Both the position numbers and the translations under genes were made by a program. Shown in pieces: positions 39,751 through 49,316 of a DNA stretch of 64,000 bases (positions within the stretch are counted from its first letter, which is position 1; every line of letters starts with the position of its first letter). The DNA comes from an uncultured Chloroflexia bacterium (GTDB lineage Bacteria > Chloroflexota > Limnocylindria > Limnocylindrales > CSP1-4), in the NCBI GenBank assembly GCA_963722105.1, contig CAVRKQ010000011.1:451065-515064 (forward strand). Reading direction: 5' to 3'. Below the pieces are notes generated by a model. That model ran no database searches and was not told the origin of the DNA. It worked only from the letters and a program-made list of their open reading frames with translations.

Positions 39751-39859
39751 GCAAACCTCCGACGATTGGCCCGCGTGTATCGAGCGGCTAGTGTGGCGCG
39801 TGGCTCGCGGCTTGTTGGTCGATGAGATCCATGCCGGCGCTGATGGCTAGGCTCGCGGC

Positions 39860-40375
39860 ATGACCAAATCGATCCTCTCCGATGCGTTCGCGCACGATGC
39901 CTGGGCCAACGATCGACTCCTCGAGGTCTGCGAGTCGCTCACCGAAGAGCAGCTCTCCAGCCCGTCCCCCGGCACGTATGGGCCGATCCTCGAGACGCTC
40001 CGCCACCTCGTCGGCTCCGACGCCTGGTATCTCTGGATCATCACGGAGGATGCGCGGTTCCAGGCGATCGGCGAGGACGCGATGAGCGTCGCCGAGCTGC
40101 GGGCAGCCGCGCGCACGAACGCGGCGGCATGGGAGGCATTCATCACCGCCGACCTCGACCCGGACAGGGACATCGTCCGAACCGGCGAAGGCTGGGAGTT
40201 CCACGCGCCGCTGGGCATTCGGCTCGCGCAGGTGACCCACCACGGCACCGACCACCGAAGCCAGGTCTGCACGGCGCTCACGAGCCTCGGGATGGAGCCG
40301 CCGGAGATCGACGTCTGGGCCTACGGCGACGCCACGGGCCGAAACCGCATGGTCGGTGAGCCCCCGCCCGACTGA
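39860..40375 (+). CDS. DinB family protein
   Basis: 171 aa: AFAHDAWANDRLLEVC ... LRHLVGSDAWY ... VTHHGTDHRSQV. Confidence 0.8.
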   Translation: MTKSILSDAFAHDAWANDRLLEVCESLTEEQLSSPSPGTYGPILETLRHLVGSDAWYLWIITEDARFQAIGEDAMSVAELRAAARTNAAAWEAFITADLDPDRDIVRTGEGWEFHAPLGIRLAQVTHHGTDHRSQVCTALTSLGMEPPEIDVWAYGDATGRNRMVGEPPPD

Positions 40376-40427
40376 GCCCTGACCAACGAGGGATGGGCAG
40401 GGTTGACGAAGGCGCGAGACTCACCGT

Positions 40428-40604
40428 ATGGGGGACTTCGGCGAGACGATCGGAAGGGGCATCGGTGGGGCCATCGATGTGTTTTTCGGGATCGTCGGCT
40501 CGATCTACGACGGGCTCCACGTGTTCCTGCCCGGCCCGATCCTGCCCGTCGTGCTGGCGGGGCTCGGGTTCGCCGCCATCATGTGGTTCCTGTTCCGGCG
40601 ATAG
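40428..40604 (+). CDS. possible 58-aa membrane peptide (not in the ORF track)
   Basis: My own translation: MGDFGETIGRGIGGAIDVFFGIVGSIYDGLHVFLPGPILPVVLAGLGFAAIMWFLFRR, stop TAG 40602-40604. Protein-like hydrophobic composition, but no obvious RBS. Confidence 0.35.
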   Translation: MGDFGETIGRGIGGAIDVFFGIVGSIYDGLHVFLPGPILPVVLAGLGFAAIMWFLFRR

Positions 40605-40641
40605 CGCCCCGAGCGGCGACAGCGAGGCGCGCGGCGCCGCT

Positions 40642-41439
40642 CTAGGAGCCGGCGATCGGCTGGCCCATCGTGTGGCGGCGAATGAACGCCAAGGTTTTGT
40701 CCCAGGCATCGGCCGAGGCATCCGCGTGCTCCCCGAAGTGCCGATCGAAGAAGCCGTGCGGCGCGCCCGGGTACGTGATCGTTTCGTGCTTCACGCCCGC
40801 CTTGTCGAGCGCCTTGTCGAACGTGTCCCGCACGTCCTTCGTGATGCCCTCGTCCTTCTCGCCATAGAAGAGCAGGAGGTCGGATGCGATCTTGCCCGCG
40901 ACCTCGGCCGGCGCCGGTGTCCCGTTGCGGTTCTCGCCCGTCGGCCAGCCGTAGAAGGGAATCGCGCCCGCGAGGCCCAGGCCGAGCGTCGTCGACATCG
41001 ATGCCAGCCGACCGCCCATGCAGAAGCCGGTCGTGAAGATCGATCGAGGTGGCTTCGGGAGCGCCCGCAGGTGCGCGACGGCGGTCCGAATGTCCCCGGC
41101 GAGGTCGTCCCAGCGGGCCTTGGCGACGTGGGGCATGTACTCGAAGCCCTCGCCTCGATCGTCGCTCGGCGCCGTCCGCCCGAAGTAGTCGATCGCGAGG
41201 GCGTCGATCCCGCGCTCCGCGTAGCGCATCGCCAGCTCCTCGAAGAACGGGTGGAGCCCGCGGACGTCCGGCAGGATCACGATTCCCGCTCCCGTAGCCT
41301 GCTCCGGCCGCGCGAGGAACGCCCGGAACTCCTTGCCGTCCTCGCTCTTGAGAGTGATCGTTTGCGAGTCGATAGCCGCGCCGCTGATGGGATCGATCGG
41401 CGGCCGGCTGGAATGGGTGGTGCACATGCCGGCCATCAT
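40642..41439 (-). CDS. dienelactone hydrolase family protein
   Basis: VILPDVRGLHPFFEE, nucleophile elbow GFCMGG, C-terminal YPGAPHGF. Start is one of three clustered ATGs (41439, 41436, 41427). Confidence 0.8.
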   Translation of the reverse strand: MMAGMCTTHSSRPPIDPISGAAIDSQTITLKSEDGKEFRAFLARPEQATGAGIVILPDVRGLHPFFEELAMRYAERGIDALAIDYFGRTAPSDDRGEGFEYMPHVAKARWDDLAGDIRTAVAHLRALPKPPRSIFTTGFCMGGRLASMSTTLGLGLAGAIPFYGWPTGENRNGTPAPAEVAGKIASDLLLFYGEKDEGITKDVRDTFDKALDKAGVKHETITYPGAPHGFFDRHFGEHADASADAWDKTLAFIRRHTMGQPIAGS

Positions 41440-41484
41440 GCGCCGCCTCGGCTTGCACATTCGCGGCGCCCTGGGTCCATGTCG

Positions 41485-41708
41485 TTGTCTGTGGGGCACG
41501 AATTTGCCCGGAACCTGCTTCCGAGCCCGTCCAGCAGGGCCGTTCGAAGCGGTTTCGTGTCTGGGAGACACGATCACGCGCCGGAACGACCTGATTCGGG
41601 CGCTTGACGGGCTATGTCGTGTCTGACAGTCATGGGTCCGCCCGGAAGGGCTCGTTGCAGCCCTCGACGGCGGGCCTAGCCGTCGATCTCGTGTTTCTGA
41701 GACATCGA
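41485..41708 (+). repeat. palindrome-rich repeat element, copy 2
   Basis: Palindromes at 41485-41503, 41555-41573 (tcgtgtctgggagacacga), 41617-41632 and 41689-41708. The 41483-41635 segment is co-linear with 23379-23535. It lies in the divergent region between the dienelactone hydrolase gene and ask. Confidence 0.6.
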
Positions 41709-41757
41709 TCGGATCGGGACCCGATTGCCGAAGGCCGTTCGGTATGATCCGCGGCCG

Positions 41758-43056
41758 ATGCCAGCCAGCACGCCCAACCAGCTCATCGTGCAGAAGTTCG
41801 GCGGTTCGTCACTCGGCGAGGCCGCTCGAATCCGCCGCGTTGCGCAGCGGATCGCCCGCGCGCGGGCAACCGGCGCCGACCTCGTGGTCATCGTCTCGGC
41901 GATGGGCGACACGACCGACGAGCTCCTCCAGCTCGCCGCGGCGATCACGGACGACCCCGATCCCCGCGAGCTGGACATGCTCCTCGCGACCGGCGAGCAC
42001 CAGTCGGCCACCCTCGTCTCGATGGCCCTCCATGCCCTCGGCGTCAAGGCGATTTCACTCACGGGAGCCCAGGCGGGCATCACCACGGACGCCTCCCACG
42101 GGCGGGCGCGCATCGCCAACGTGGAGCCTCGCCGGGTGCGAAGGGAGCTCGACAACGGCAACGTCGTGATCGTCGCCGGGTTCCAGGGACAGCGCCACGG
42201 CTCTGACGAGGACGGCGGCCCGGGCGAGACGACGACGCTCGGGCGTGGCGGGTCGGACACGACGGCCGTCGCGCTCGCCGCCGCCCTCAGGGCCGACCGG
42301 TGCCAGATCTTCACCGACGTGCGCGGCATCTACACCGCGGACCCGCGGCTCGTGCCCGACGCCCGCCAGCTCTCGACCATCGGCTACGAGGAGATGCTCG
42401 AGCTCGCCCAGCAGGGCGCCCAGGTGATGCAGGTCCGCGCCGTCGAGCTGGGCTGGATCAACGACGTCGAGATCGAGGTCCTGAGCTCGTTCGAGGATGC
42501 GCCGGGTACGCTGATCAGGGAGGATCCGCTCGTGGAGCAGCGCAACAAGGTTCGGGGGCTGGCCCACGACCGCAACGTCGCGAAGGTCACGCTCCTCGCC
42601 GTCCCCGACCGACCCGGGATCGCGCGGAGCGTGTTCGGGCCGCTCGCGGACGCCGGCGTGATCGTCGACATGATCGTCCAGAACGTCGGCCACGACGGCG
42701 CGACGGACATCTCGTTTACCGTGCCGCGGGTCGACCTCGCGAAGGCGGAGCGCGTGCTCCAGCCGGTCGTCACGGAGATGGGCGCCCGCGGGATCACCAC
42801 GGACCCGACGGTCGCGAAGGTCTCGATCGTGGGCGCGGGCCTGCACAACGCACCGGGTTACGCCGCGCGGATGTTCGGGACGCTCGCGGACGCGGGCGTG
42901 AACATCGAGATGATCTCCACCTCCGAGGTCCGGATCACCTGCGTCATCGGCGAGGCGGGCCTGTCGAAGGCCCTCGACGCGCTGCACGGCGCCTTCGAGC
43001 TCGAACGACCAGATCCGGTCGACGCGGAGGCCGCCGCGATCCCGCGGGCCGGTTGA
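41758..43056 (+). CDS. ask: aspartate kinase
   Basis: LIVQKFGGSSLG, VVIVSAMGDTTDEL and two C-terminal ACT domains. ATG 41758. Confidence 0.9.
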   Translation: MPASTPNQLIVQKFGGSSLGEAARIRRVAQRIARARATGADLVVIVSAMGDTTDELLQLAAAITDDPDPRELDMLLATGEHQSATLVSMALHALGVKAISLTGAQAGITTDASHGRARIANVEPRRVRRELDNGNVVIVAGFQGQRHGSDEDGGPGETTTLGRGGSDTTAVALAAALRADRCQIFTDVRGIYTADPRLVPDARQLSTIGYEEMLELAQQGAQVMQVRAVELGWINDVEIEVLSSFEDAPGTLIREDPLVEQRNKVRGLAHDRNVAKVTLLAVPDRPGIARSVFGPLADAGVIVDMIVQNVGHDGATDISFTVPRVDLAKAERVLQPVVTEMGARGITTDPTVAKVSIVGAGLHNAPGYAARMFGTLADAGVNIEMISTSEVRITCVIGEAGLSKALDALHGAFELERPDPVDAEAAAIPRAG

Positions 43057-43064
43057 AGGACCGA

Positions 43065-43892
43065 ATGACCGACACGATCGACACCGCCGTCACGAGCTGG
43101 CTCTCGCGGTTCGAGCGGTTCGGCGAGGTCGCCTCGACCAACGACGTCGTCGCCGGCTGGCTCCGCGACGGCACGCCAGAGGTCTGCGTCGCGATCGCCG
43201 ACGTGCAGACGGCCGGCCGCGGGCGCGCGGACCGGACCTGGAGCGCGCCATCGGGCGCGGCACTCCTGGCCTCGGTCGGCTTCCGGCCCACGTGGCTCGA
43301 TCCCGAGCATGCCTGGCGGCTCGCCGCGATCGTGACCCTGACGATGGCCGAGGCGTGTGAGGTCGCCGCCGGCCTGCGAGCCGGCACGGTCCAGCTCAAG
43401 TGGCCGAATGACCTCGTCGCCATCGACCACCGCTCCGGCGATGTCCGCAAGCTCTCCGGCGTCCTCGGCGAGACGGATGGGCTCGGCACGAAGGACGCAC
43501 GGGCGGTCATCGGGATCGGCGTCAATGCCGACTGGAAGCCCGAGGACTTTCCCGCGGAGCTCGCGACGACCATGACCTCGATCGCCGAGCTCGCGCCGGG
43601 CCAGGTGATCGACCGCGAGGTGATCGTCCACGTCTTCCTCGAGCGGCTCGAGAAGGCAACGGCCAACCTGCGAGCCGGCACCTTCCCGGCGGACGCCTGG
43701 CGGACTCGCCAGCTCACCAACGGCGTGCCGGTCCGCCTGGAATGGCCCGACGGGCGATCGGAGACGGTGAGCGCCATCGATGTCGACGTCGACACCGGCG
43801 CCCTCCTTGTCGGCGAGCTCGGTGGCGGTGGCCAGCGACGGACGGTGCTCGCGGGCGAGATTCGCCATCTCCGCCTCGGCGGCATCGTCTAG
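43065..43892 (+). CDS. birA: biotin--[acetyl-CoA-carboxylase] ligase, class I (no N-terminal HTH)
   Basis: QTAGRGRADRTWSAP (GRGRxGRxW) and KWPNDL, 275 aa. GAAGGA RBS. Confidence 0.85.
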   Translation: MTDTIDTAVTSWLSRFERFGEVASTNDVVAGWLRDGTPEVCVAIADVQTAGRGRADRTWSAPSGAALLASVGFRPTWLDPEHAWRLAAIVTLTMAEACEVAAGLRAGTVQLKWPNDLVAIDHRSGDVRKLSGVLGETDGLGTKDARAVIGIGVNADWKPEDFPAELATTMTSIAELAPGQVIDREVIVHVFLERLEKATANLRAGTFPADAWRTRQLTNGVPVRLEWPDGRSETVSAIDVDVDTGALLVGELGGGGQRRTVLAGEIRHLRLGGIV

Positions 43893-43913
43893 TGACGGCC
43901 GGGGTGTAACGAA

Positions 43914-44567
43914 ATGGCCCGACGAGCATTGTGGAGAGCAGGCGCGGCGAAGGACGCCGTCCCCAGGCTCGCCCATCTCGACCAAGACCGCCCGCTGGTG
44001 GAGGCCGCGAAGCGAGAGCCGGCCCGTTTCGACGCCCTGTATCGCAGGTACCTGGCCCGCGTGTACTCCTACGCCTACTACGAGCTCGGCGACCATCACG
44101 CCGCGGAGGACGCCACCGAGGCGACATTCGTGTCGGCCCTGACGAACCTTTCGCGGTTCGAGGATCGCGCGCGTCCAGAGGACGGCGAGGGCGCATCGAC
44201 CTTCCGCGTCTGGCTCTTCCAGATCGCGCGGAACGAGGTCGCCGGCGAGCGCCGGCGGGCTCGCCGCCATCCGGTCGAGCCGATCGGCGAGACCATCATT
44301 GCCGATCCCCTGAGCGTCGAGGACGAGGCCGTCCGACGCGACCAGGCCCGGGCCGCGTGGCGGGCCGTCGGACGGCTGCCCGGCGAGCGCCGCCAGGCGA
44401 TGGTCCTGCGGTTCGTGGAGGAGCTCAGCACCGCGGAGATCGCCGGGGTGCTCGGGAAGTCGGAGGGGTCGGTGAGGGTCCTGATCCATCGCGCGCTGCG
44501 CAGCGTGGCGAAGGAGCTGGGCGCGTCGGACGGGAAGCGCGGGAAGAAGACCGGGCCTGCCGCGTGA
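43914..44567 (+). CDS. ECF-type RNA polymerase sigma factor
   Basis: Region 2 FDALYRRYLARVYSYAYY...FRVWLFQIARNEV. Region 4 RQAMVLRFVEELSTAEIAGVLGKSEGSVRVLIHRA. Confidence 0.85.
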   Translation: MARRALWRAGAAKDAVPRLAHLDQDRPLVEAAKREPARFDALYRRYLARVYSYAYYELGDHHAAEDATEATFVSALTNLSRFEDRARPEDGEGASTFRVWLFQIARNEVAGERRRARRHPVEPIGETIIADPLSVEDEAVRRDQARAAWRAVGRLPGERRQAMVLRFVEELSTAEIAGVLGKSEGSVRVLIHRALRSVAKELGASDGKRGKKTGPAA

Positions 44568-44583
44568 CCGGCGGGAGCGCCGC

Positions 44584-45105
44584 GTGAGCGCGATTCGCCG
44601 CGGAGACGGTGAACCCTCCGAGGTCCAGGCGCTCATCACGGATCGCTACCTCGATTCCCTGCTCACCGTCGCGCCATCACGAAGCGGCGAGCCGATCGAG
44701 GACCCCGACGTGTCCGTCTCCGCGGCCGTGCGGGCCATCTCCCGCCGCCTCGCGACGGACCTGCCCCGCTTCCACCCCTCGTTCCGGTTCGAGGAGCGCC
44801 TTGCCATCCGGCTCGCTCAGCTGGCGGCCTCGATGCGGCTGCCCCTCGCCGCCGGCGGCGAGTCCCAGGGGTCGACAGCCTCGATCGCGCAGATCCCGCT
44901 GGCGCCAGGTGCCGACGCGCGCATCCGCGCCGCCGGCGAGGACGATCCCGATCGCGACAACCGCCCGCTGCTGATCGGCGGCGCCGTTGCCGCGTCCGCG
45001 CTGTCGCTTGCCGGGGCCTGGCTCGCGTGGCGCCGTCGCACCTCGCCGATGGCCCGGGCGATCCGTGTCGCGCACTCGCTTCGCCAGCCCCTCGGGCGCG
45101 GGTAG
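44584..45105 (+). CDS. putative anti-sigma factor / membrane protein
   Basis: 173 aa immediately after the sigma gene, with a single C-terminal TM (LLIGGAVAASALSLAGAWLAW). The assignment rests on position only. Confidence 0.45.
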   Translation: MSAIRRGDGEPSEVQALITDRYLDSLLTVAPSRSGEPIEDPDVSVSAAVRAISRRLATDLPRFHPSFRFEERLAIRLAQLAASMRLPLAAGGESQGSTASIAQIPLAPGADARIRAAGEDDPDRDNRPLLIGGAVAASALSLAGAWLAWRRRTSPMARAIRVAHSLRQPLGRG

Positions 45106-45113
45106 GGACCGAG

Positions 45114-46238
45114 ATGCCGATCAAGCTGCCGTCGTTCCGCCCGCGCCGCGACACGTACCCGCCCGACCTCTGGACGAAGTGCCCGTCGTGCTCGGAGATG
45201 ATCTTCAACAAGCAGCTCGAGAAGAACGACCGCATCTGCCCGACGTGCGGCCACCACTTCCGCCTCTCGGCCGCGGCGCGCCTCGAGATGCTCCTGGACG
45301 CGCACACCTTCCGGGAGCGCGATGCGGGCCTCCAGTCGGTTGATCCGCTTGGGTTCGTCGACCAGAAGGCCTACCCGGACCGCGTCGCCGCCGCGCAGGC
45401 CGCAACGGGCCTCCGGGATGCCGCGGTCCGCGGCCTCGGCGCGATCGAGAGCATGCCCGTCTCAATCTGCGTCATGGACTTCGGGTTCATGGGCGGCTCG
45501 ATGGGCGCCGTCGTCGGCGAGAAGGTCACCCGCGCCGCCGAGGACGCGCTGCTCGAGCGAATCCCGCTCATCGTCATCTCGGCGTCCGGCGGGGCGAGGA
45601 TGCAGGAGGGCACGCTGGCCCTGATGCAGCTCGCGAAGACGGTGGCCGTCCTCGAGCGCGTGCGCGCCGCGCGGATCCCATACCTCAGCGTCATGAGCGA
45701 CCCGACGACGGGCGGCGTCTTCGCCTCGTACGCGGTCCTCGGCGACATCAACCTCGCCGAGCCGAACGCGCTGATCGGCTTCGCCGGTGCGCGGGTCGCG
45801 GCCGGGACGATCGCCCAGGAGCTGCCGGCCGGCTTCCAGCGCAGCGAGTTCCTGTTCGAGCACGGGTTCGTCGATCGGGTTGTCCAGCGTCGCGCGCTGC
45901 GGGGCGAGATTGCAGGCCTGCTGCGCTTCATGCGGGTGCCGGCACCAACGGTCGACATGCGTCCGGCGGCCATCAACCCCCTCGGCTCGCTGATCTCGGC
46001 GGTCGGGACCGTGGGCGGCGCGGCCGTTGGTGCCGTTGGCGCCGTGGGCGGCGCAGCGGCGGGTGCGGTCGGCGCCGTCGGTGGCGCGATGGGCAACGCC
46101 GTGACCGGCGGCGCGGGTCTCGCAACGCTGCCCAACCCGGCCGCGACCTCGACCGTCGCGGCCATCCCGGTCGAGCCCGTCGAGGCCCCGACGAACGGCA
46201 CCGGCTCGTCGCGCGAGGAGGTGACGACCGATGGTTGA
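45114..46238 (+). CDS. accD: acetyl-CoA carboxylase carboxyltransferase beta subunit
   Basis: Zinc ribbon CPSC...CPTCGHH, MDFGFMGGSMG and SASGGARMQEG. An unusual Gly/Ala/Val-rich tail of about 90 aa (GGAAVGAVGAVGGAAAGAVGAVGG). Confidence 0.9.
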   Translation: MPIKLPSFRPRRDTYPPDLWTKCPSCSEMIFNKQLEKNDRICPTCGHHFRLSAAARLEMLLDAHTFRERDAGLQSVDPLGFVDQKAYPDRVAAAQAATGLRDAAVRGLGAIESMPVSICVMDFGFMGGSMGAVVGEKVTRAAEDALLERIPLIVISASGGARMQEGTLALMQLAKTVAVLERVRAARIPYLSVMSDPTTGGVFASYAVLGDINLAEPNALIGFAGARVAAGTIAQELPAGFQRSEFLFEHGFVDRVVQRRALRGEIAGLLRFMRVPAPTVDMRPAAINPLGSLISAVGTVGGAAVGAVGAVGGAAAGAVGAVGGAMGNAVTGGAGLATLPNPAATSTVAAIPVEPVEAPTNGTGSSREEVTTDG

Positions 46239-47280
46239 CCGCATCCTCGATCGGAAGGGCAAGTCGAGCGAGCCGCCCGATCCCAGGGACGCCGTCTGGC
46301 GGCGCGTCCAGCTGGCGCGCAACCTCGGGCGCCCGCGGACGCTCGTCCTCCTCGAGCACATGGCCGACGAGGTTATCGAGCTCCACGGCGACCGCGGGTT
46401 CGGCGACGACCCGGCGATGGTGGCCGGGTTCGCGCGGATCGACGGCCGCCGGATCGCGTTCGTCGGGCAGCAGAAAGGCGCCGACACCGAGGAGAACATC
46501 CGTCGCAACTTCGGCATGCCCCACCCGGAGGGCTACCGCAAGGCGATGCGGGTGATGGAGCTGGCCGAGCGCTTCGGCCTGCCGATCGTGACCTTCGTGG
46601 ACGTGCCGGGCGCACACCCGGGCCCGGAATCGGAGGAGCGCGGGATCGCGGATGCGATCGCCCGCTCGATCGGGCTCATGAGCCGCCTCCGGACGCCGAT
46701 CATCGCGATCATCACCGGCGAGGGCGGCTCCGGCGGCGCGCTCGCCATCGCGGTCGGCGACGTGGTGATCGCGCTCGAGAACGCGGTGTACTCCGTGATC
46801 AGCCCGGAAGGGTGTGCGTCGATCCTGTGGCGGACGGCGGAAGAGGCTCCGACCGCGGCGCTCGCGATGAAGATGTCCGCCCAGGACCAGCTCGCGCTCG
46901 GGGTGATCGACCGTGTCGTGGCCGAGCCGGGCGAGGGCGCCCACGCGGATCCGCGCGAGACGGCACGTCGCCTGCGGCAGGTGATCATCGCCGAGCTGGA
47001 CCGGCTTTCGGCCTTCGCGCCGGACGAGCTGGTGGAGGCTCGATACCGGCGCTACCGGGCGCTCGGCCCGTACACTGAGGTGGCCGCGCCAGACGTGGCA
47101 CCACCGCCCAGTCGCGGGCTGGCCGATCGCCTGCGCGACCTGCTCGACCCGACGCGCTGGTCGATGGGCATGCCCCAGCCGGCCTCGTCCAGGCGAGACG
47201 AGCCGACCGGCGCACGAGGAGGTCTGATCGGTGCCCGACGCAGGCCCCCAGCGCGAACGCAGCACGACCAGCCGGCGTGA
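46231..47280 (+). CDS. accA: acetyl-CoA carboxylase carboxyltransferase alpha subunit
   Basis: FVDVPGAHPGPESEERG and ITGEGGSGGALAIAVGD. The last 50 or so codons are non-conserved in appearance and overlap the next gene. Confidence 0.9.
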   Translation: MVDRILDRKGKSSEPPDPRDAVWRRVQLARNLGRPRTLVLLEHMADEVIELHGDRGFGDDPAMVAGFARIDGRRIAFVGQQKGADTEENIRRNFGMPHPEGYRKAMRVMELAERFGLPIVTFVDVPGAHPGPESEERGIADAIARSIGLMSRLRTPIIAIITGEGGSGGALAIAVGDVVIALENAVYSVISPEGCASILWRTAEEAPTAALAMKMSAQDQLALGVIDRVVAEPGEGAHADPRETARRLRQVIIAELDRLSAFAPDELVEARYRRYRALGPYTEVAAPDVAPPPSRGLADRLRDLLDPTRWSMGMPQPASSRRDEPTGARGGLIGARRRPPARTQHDQPA

Positions 47281-47932
47281 TGCTGCGCGCCGGGATGACG
47301 CTGCGCGCCGCGCGGACCACGCGGGCATCGCGAAGCTGGCCGATGACCTCCTGCCGGCGCTCCTGGCAAAGCTCGGCTCCACGAACCTCGGCGAGCTCGA
47401 GGTCCGCGAAGGCGACTGGCACGTCCGCCTGCGGCGGCCCCTCGGTTCCGGACCCGGCGAGGGACGGCGGGCGAGCGACAAGCCGTCGCGTTCGCAGCCG
47501 GGCCACGAGGGCCACGGCCACGGCCGCGCCGCGCCCGAGGGACGTGGCTCCAGGGGCGGGAGCGGCGGCGTTCCGTCGGGCACGACCGCCGGCAGCGGCG
47601 CGGCGAGCGCCGCGTCGAACGGGACGGGCATGGCGCGCGGCAGCGGCGCGGGCGCTCCCGCTGGGTCCGGCGGGGACGGCACCGAACGAACTCGGACGAT
47701 CGCCACGTCGCCGGGCGTGGGCATCTTCCAGCCGGGCTCTCGTGCCGCCTCGGGCACGAAAATCCGCGCGGGCGACAGCCTCGGGACCGTCAACGTGATC
47801 GGCGTACCGCAGGACATCCTCGCGCCAGCCGACGGGATCGTGGGGGCGACGCTCGTCGAGGGCGGGACCGCGGTCGAGTACGGGCAGGAGCTCATCCGGA
47901 TCGAGCTCGCGGCCACGGCGGACGCGCGATGA
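47231..47932 (+). CDS. BCCP-like biotin/lipoyl-domain protein lacking the biotinyl-lysine
   Basis: BCCP N-domain-like KLADDLLPALLAKLGSTNLGELEVREGDWHVRLRRP. The C-terminal hybrid-barrel IATSPGVGIFQP...GDSLGTVNVIGVPQDILAPADGIVG has NVIGV where (E/V)AMKM is expected. GAGGAGG RBS before GTG 47231. Confidence 0.7.
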   Translation: MPDAGPQRERSTTSRRDAARRDDAARRADHAGIAKLADDLLPALLAKLGSTNLGELEVREGDWHVRLRRPLGSGPGEGRRASDKPSRSQPGHEGHGHGRAAPEGRGSRGGSGGVPSGTTAGSGAASAASNGTGMARGSGAGAPAGSGGDGTERTRTIATSPGVGIFQPGSRAASGTKIRAGDSLGTVNVIGVPQDILAPADGIVGATLVEGGTAVEYGQELIRIELAATADAR

Positions 47933-47951
47933 ACCGCCGGGAGCCCTGCTG

Positions 47952-49316
47952 ATGTTCCGTCGCATCCTGATCGCGAACCGCGGCGAGATCGCGCTCCGGA
48001 TCATCCGCGCCTGCCGGACGCTCGGGATCGAGGCGGTCGTGGCCTACTCCGAGGCGGATCGCGACTCGCTCCCGGCGCAGCTCGCCGACGAGGCCATCTG
48101 CATCGGGCCGCCGGATGCCCGCCGGTCGTACCTCTCGGCCCCCGCCGTCATCTCGGCCGCCCTGATCACCGGCTGCGACGCCATCCACCCGGGCTACGGC
48201 TTCCTCAGCGAGGACGAGACCTTTGCCGAGGTCGTGCGGGCCCACGACCTGACCTTCATCGGGCCCCCGCCGGAGGTCCTCGACCGGTTCGCCTCGAAGG
48301 AGGGCACCCGGCGCCTGCTCGGCGGGTTCGGGCTGCCGACGATCCCCGGCTCGTCGATGATCAGCGACGACGACCACGCCCTGCGCGAGGCCGATCGGAT
48401 CGGCTATCCGGTGCTGATCAAGCCGTCCGCCGGCGGCGGCGGCAAGGGCATGCGGATGGTCCGGACGTCCCGGGAGCTGGAGTCGGCGATCAAGATCTGC
48501 CGCTCGGAGGCGAAGTCGGCGTTCGGCGACGACTCCATCTACCTCGAGAAATGGCTCGACGACAACCGCCACGTCGAGGTCCAGGTCGCCGTCGACAAGT
48601 TCGGCGCGGGCATCCACCTCGGCGAGCGCGACTGCTCCGTCCAGCGGCGCCACCAGAAGATCCTCGAGGAATCGCCGACGCCGGCGCTCTCCGCCGAGGC
48701 GCGCGTGGCGCTCGCGGAGACGGCGATCCGCGCGGTCGTGTCCGCGGGCTACGAGAACGTCGGGACGCTCGAGTTCCTCGTCGACGGGACGGGCACCGCG
48801 TACTTCATCGAGATCAACTGCCGGATCCAGGTGGAGCACCCGGTCACGGAGATGCTCACCGGCATCGACCTCGTGGCCCTCCAGATCAACATCGCGGCGG
48901 GCGAGCCGCTCGGGCTGCGGCAGTCGGACGTGACGTTTCGCGGACACGCGATCGAGTTCCGCATCAACGCCGAGGACCCTGCGCATGACTTCCGCCCGGG
49001 CGCCGGGATCATCGAGCAGTACCACGCGCCAGGCGGGCCGGGCGTCCGGATGGACTCCCATATCTACCCGGGCTACGAGGTGCCGCCCTACTACGACTCG
49101 CTGTTGGGCAAGCTGATCGTCTGGGGGCCCGATCGCCCGACAGCGATCGCACGCTCCCGCGCCGCCCTCGAGGAGCTCCTGGTCGACGGGGTGACGACGA
49201 ACATCGACATCCACCGCGCGCTGCTCGACAACGAGACGTTCCTGGAGGGCCGCATGACGACGAACCTCCTCGACCGCGTCGGCGGAGCGGCGTTCCTCGC
49301 CGCGGCGGCCCGATGA
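47952..49316 (+). CDS. accC: acetyl-CoA carboxylase biotin carboxylase subunit
   Basis: Full-length ATP-grasp: ILIANRGEIALRIIRA, KPSAGGGGKGMRMV, EINCRIQVEHPVTE. Confidence 0.95.
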   Translation: MFRRILIANRGEIALRIIRACRTLGIEAVVAYSEADRDSLPAQLADEAICIGPPDARRSYLSAPAVISAALITGCDAIHPGYGFLSEDETFAEVVRAHDLTFIGPPPEVLDRFASKEGTRRLLGGFGLPTIPGSSMISDDDHALREADRIGYPVLIKPSAGGGGKGMRMVRTSRELESAIKICRSEAKSAFGDDSIYLEKWLDDNRHVEVQVAVDKFGAGIHLGERDCSVQRRHQKILEESPTPALSAEARVALAETAIRAVVSAGYENVGTLEFLVDGTGTAYFIEINCRIQVEHPVTEMLTGIDLVALQINIAAGEPLGLRQSDVTFRGHAIEFRINAEDPAHDFRPGAGIIEQYHAPGGPGVRMDSHIYPGYEVPPYYDSLLGKLIVWGPDRPTAIARSRAALEELLVDGVTTNIDIHRALLDNETFLEGRMTTNLLDRVGGAAFLAAAAR

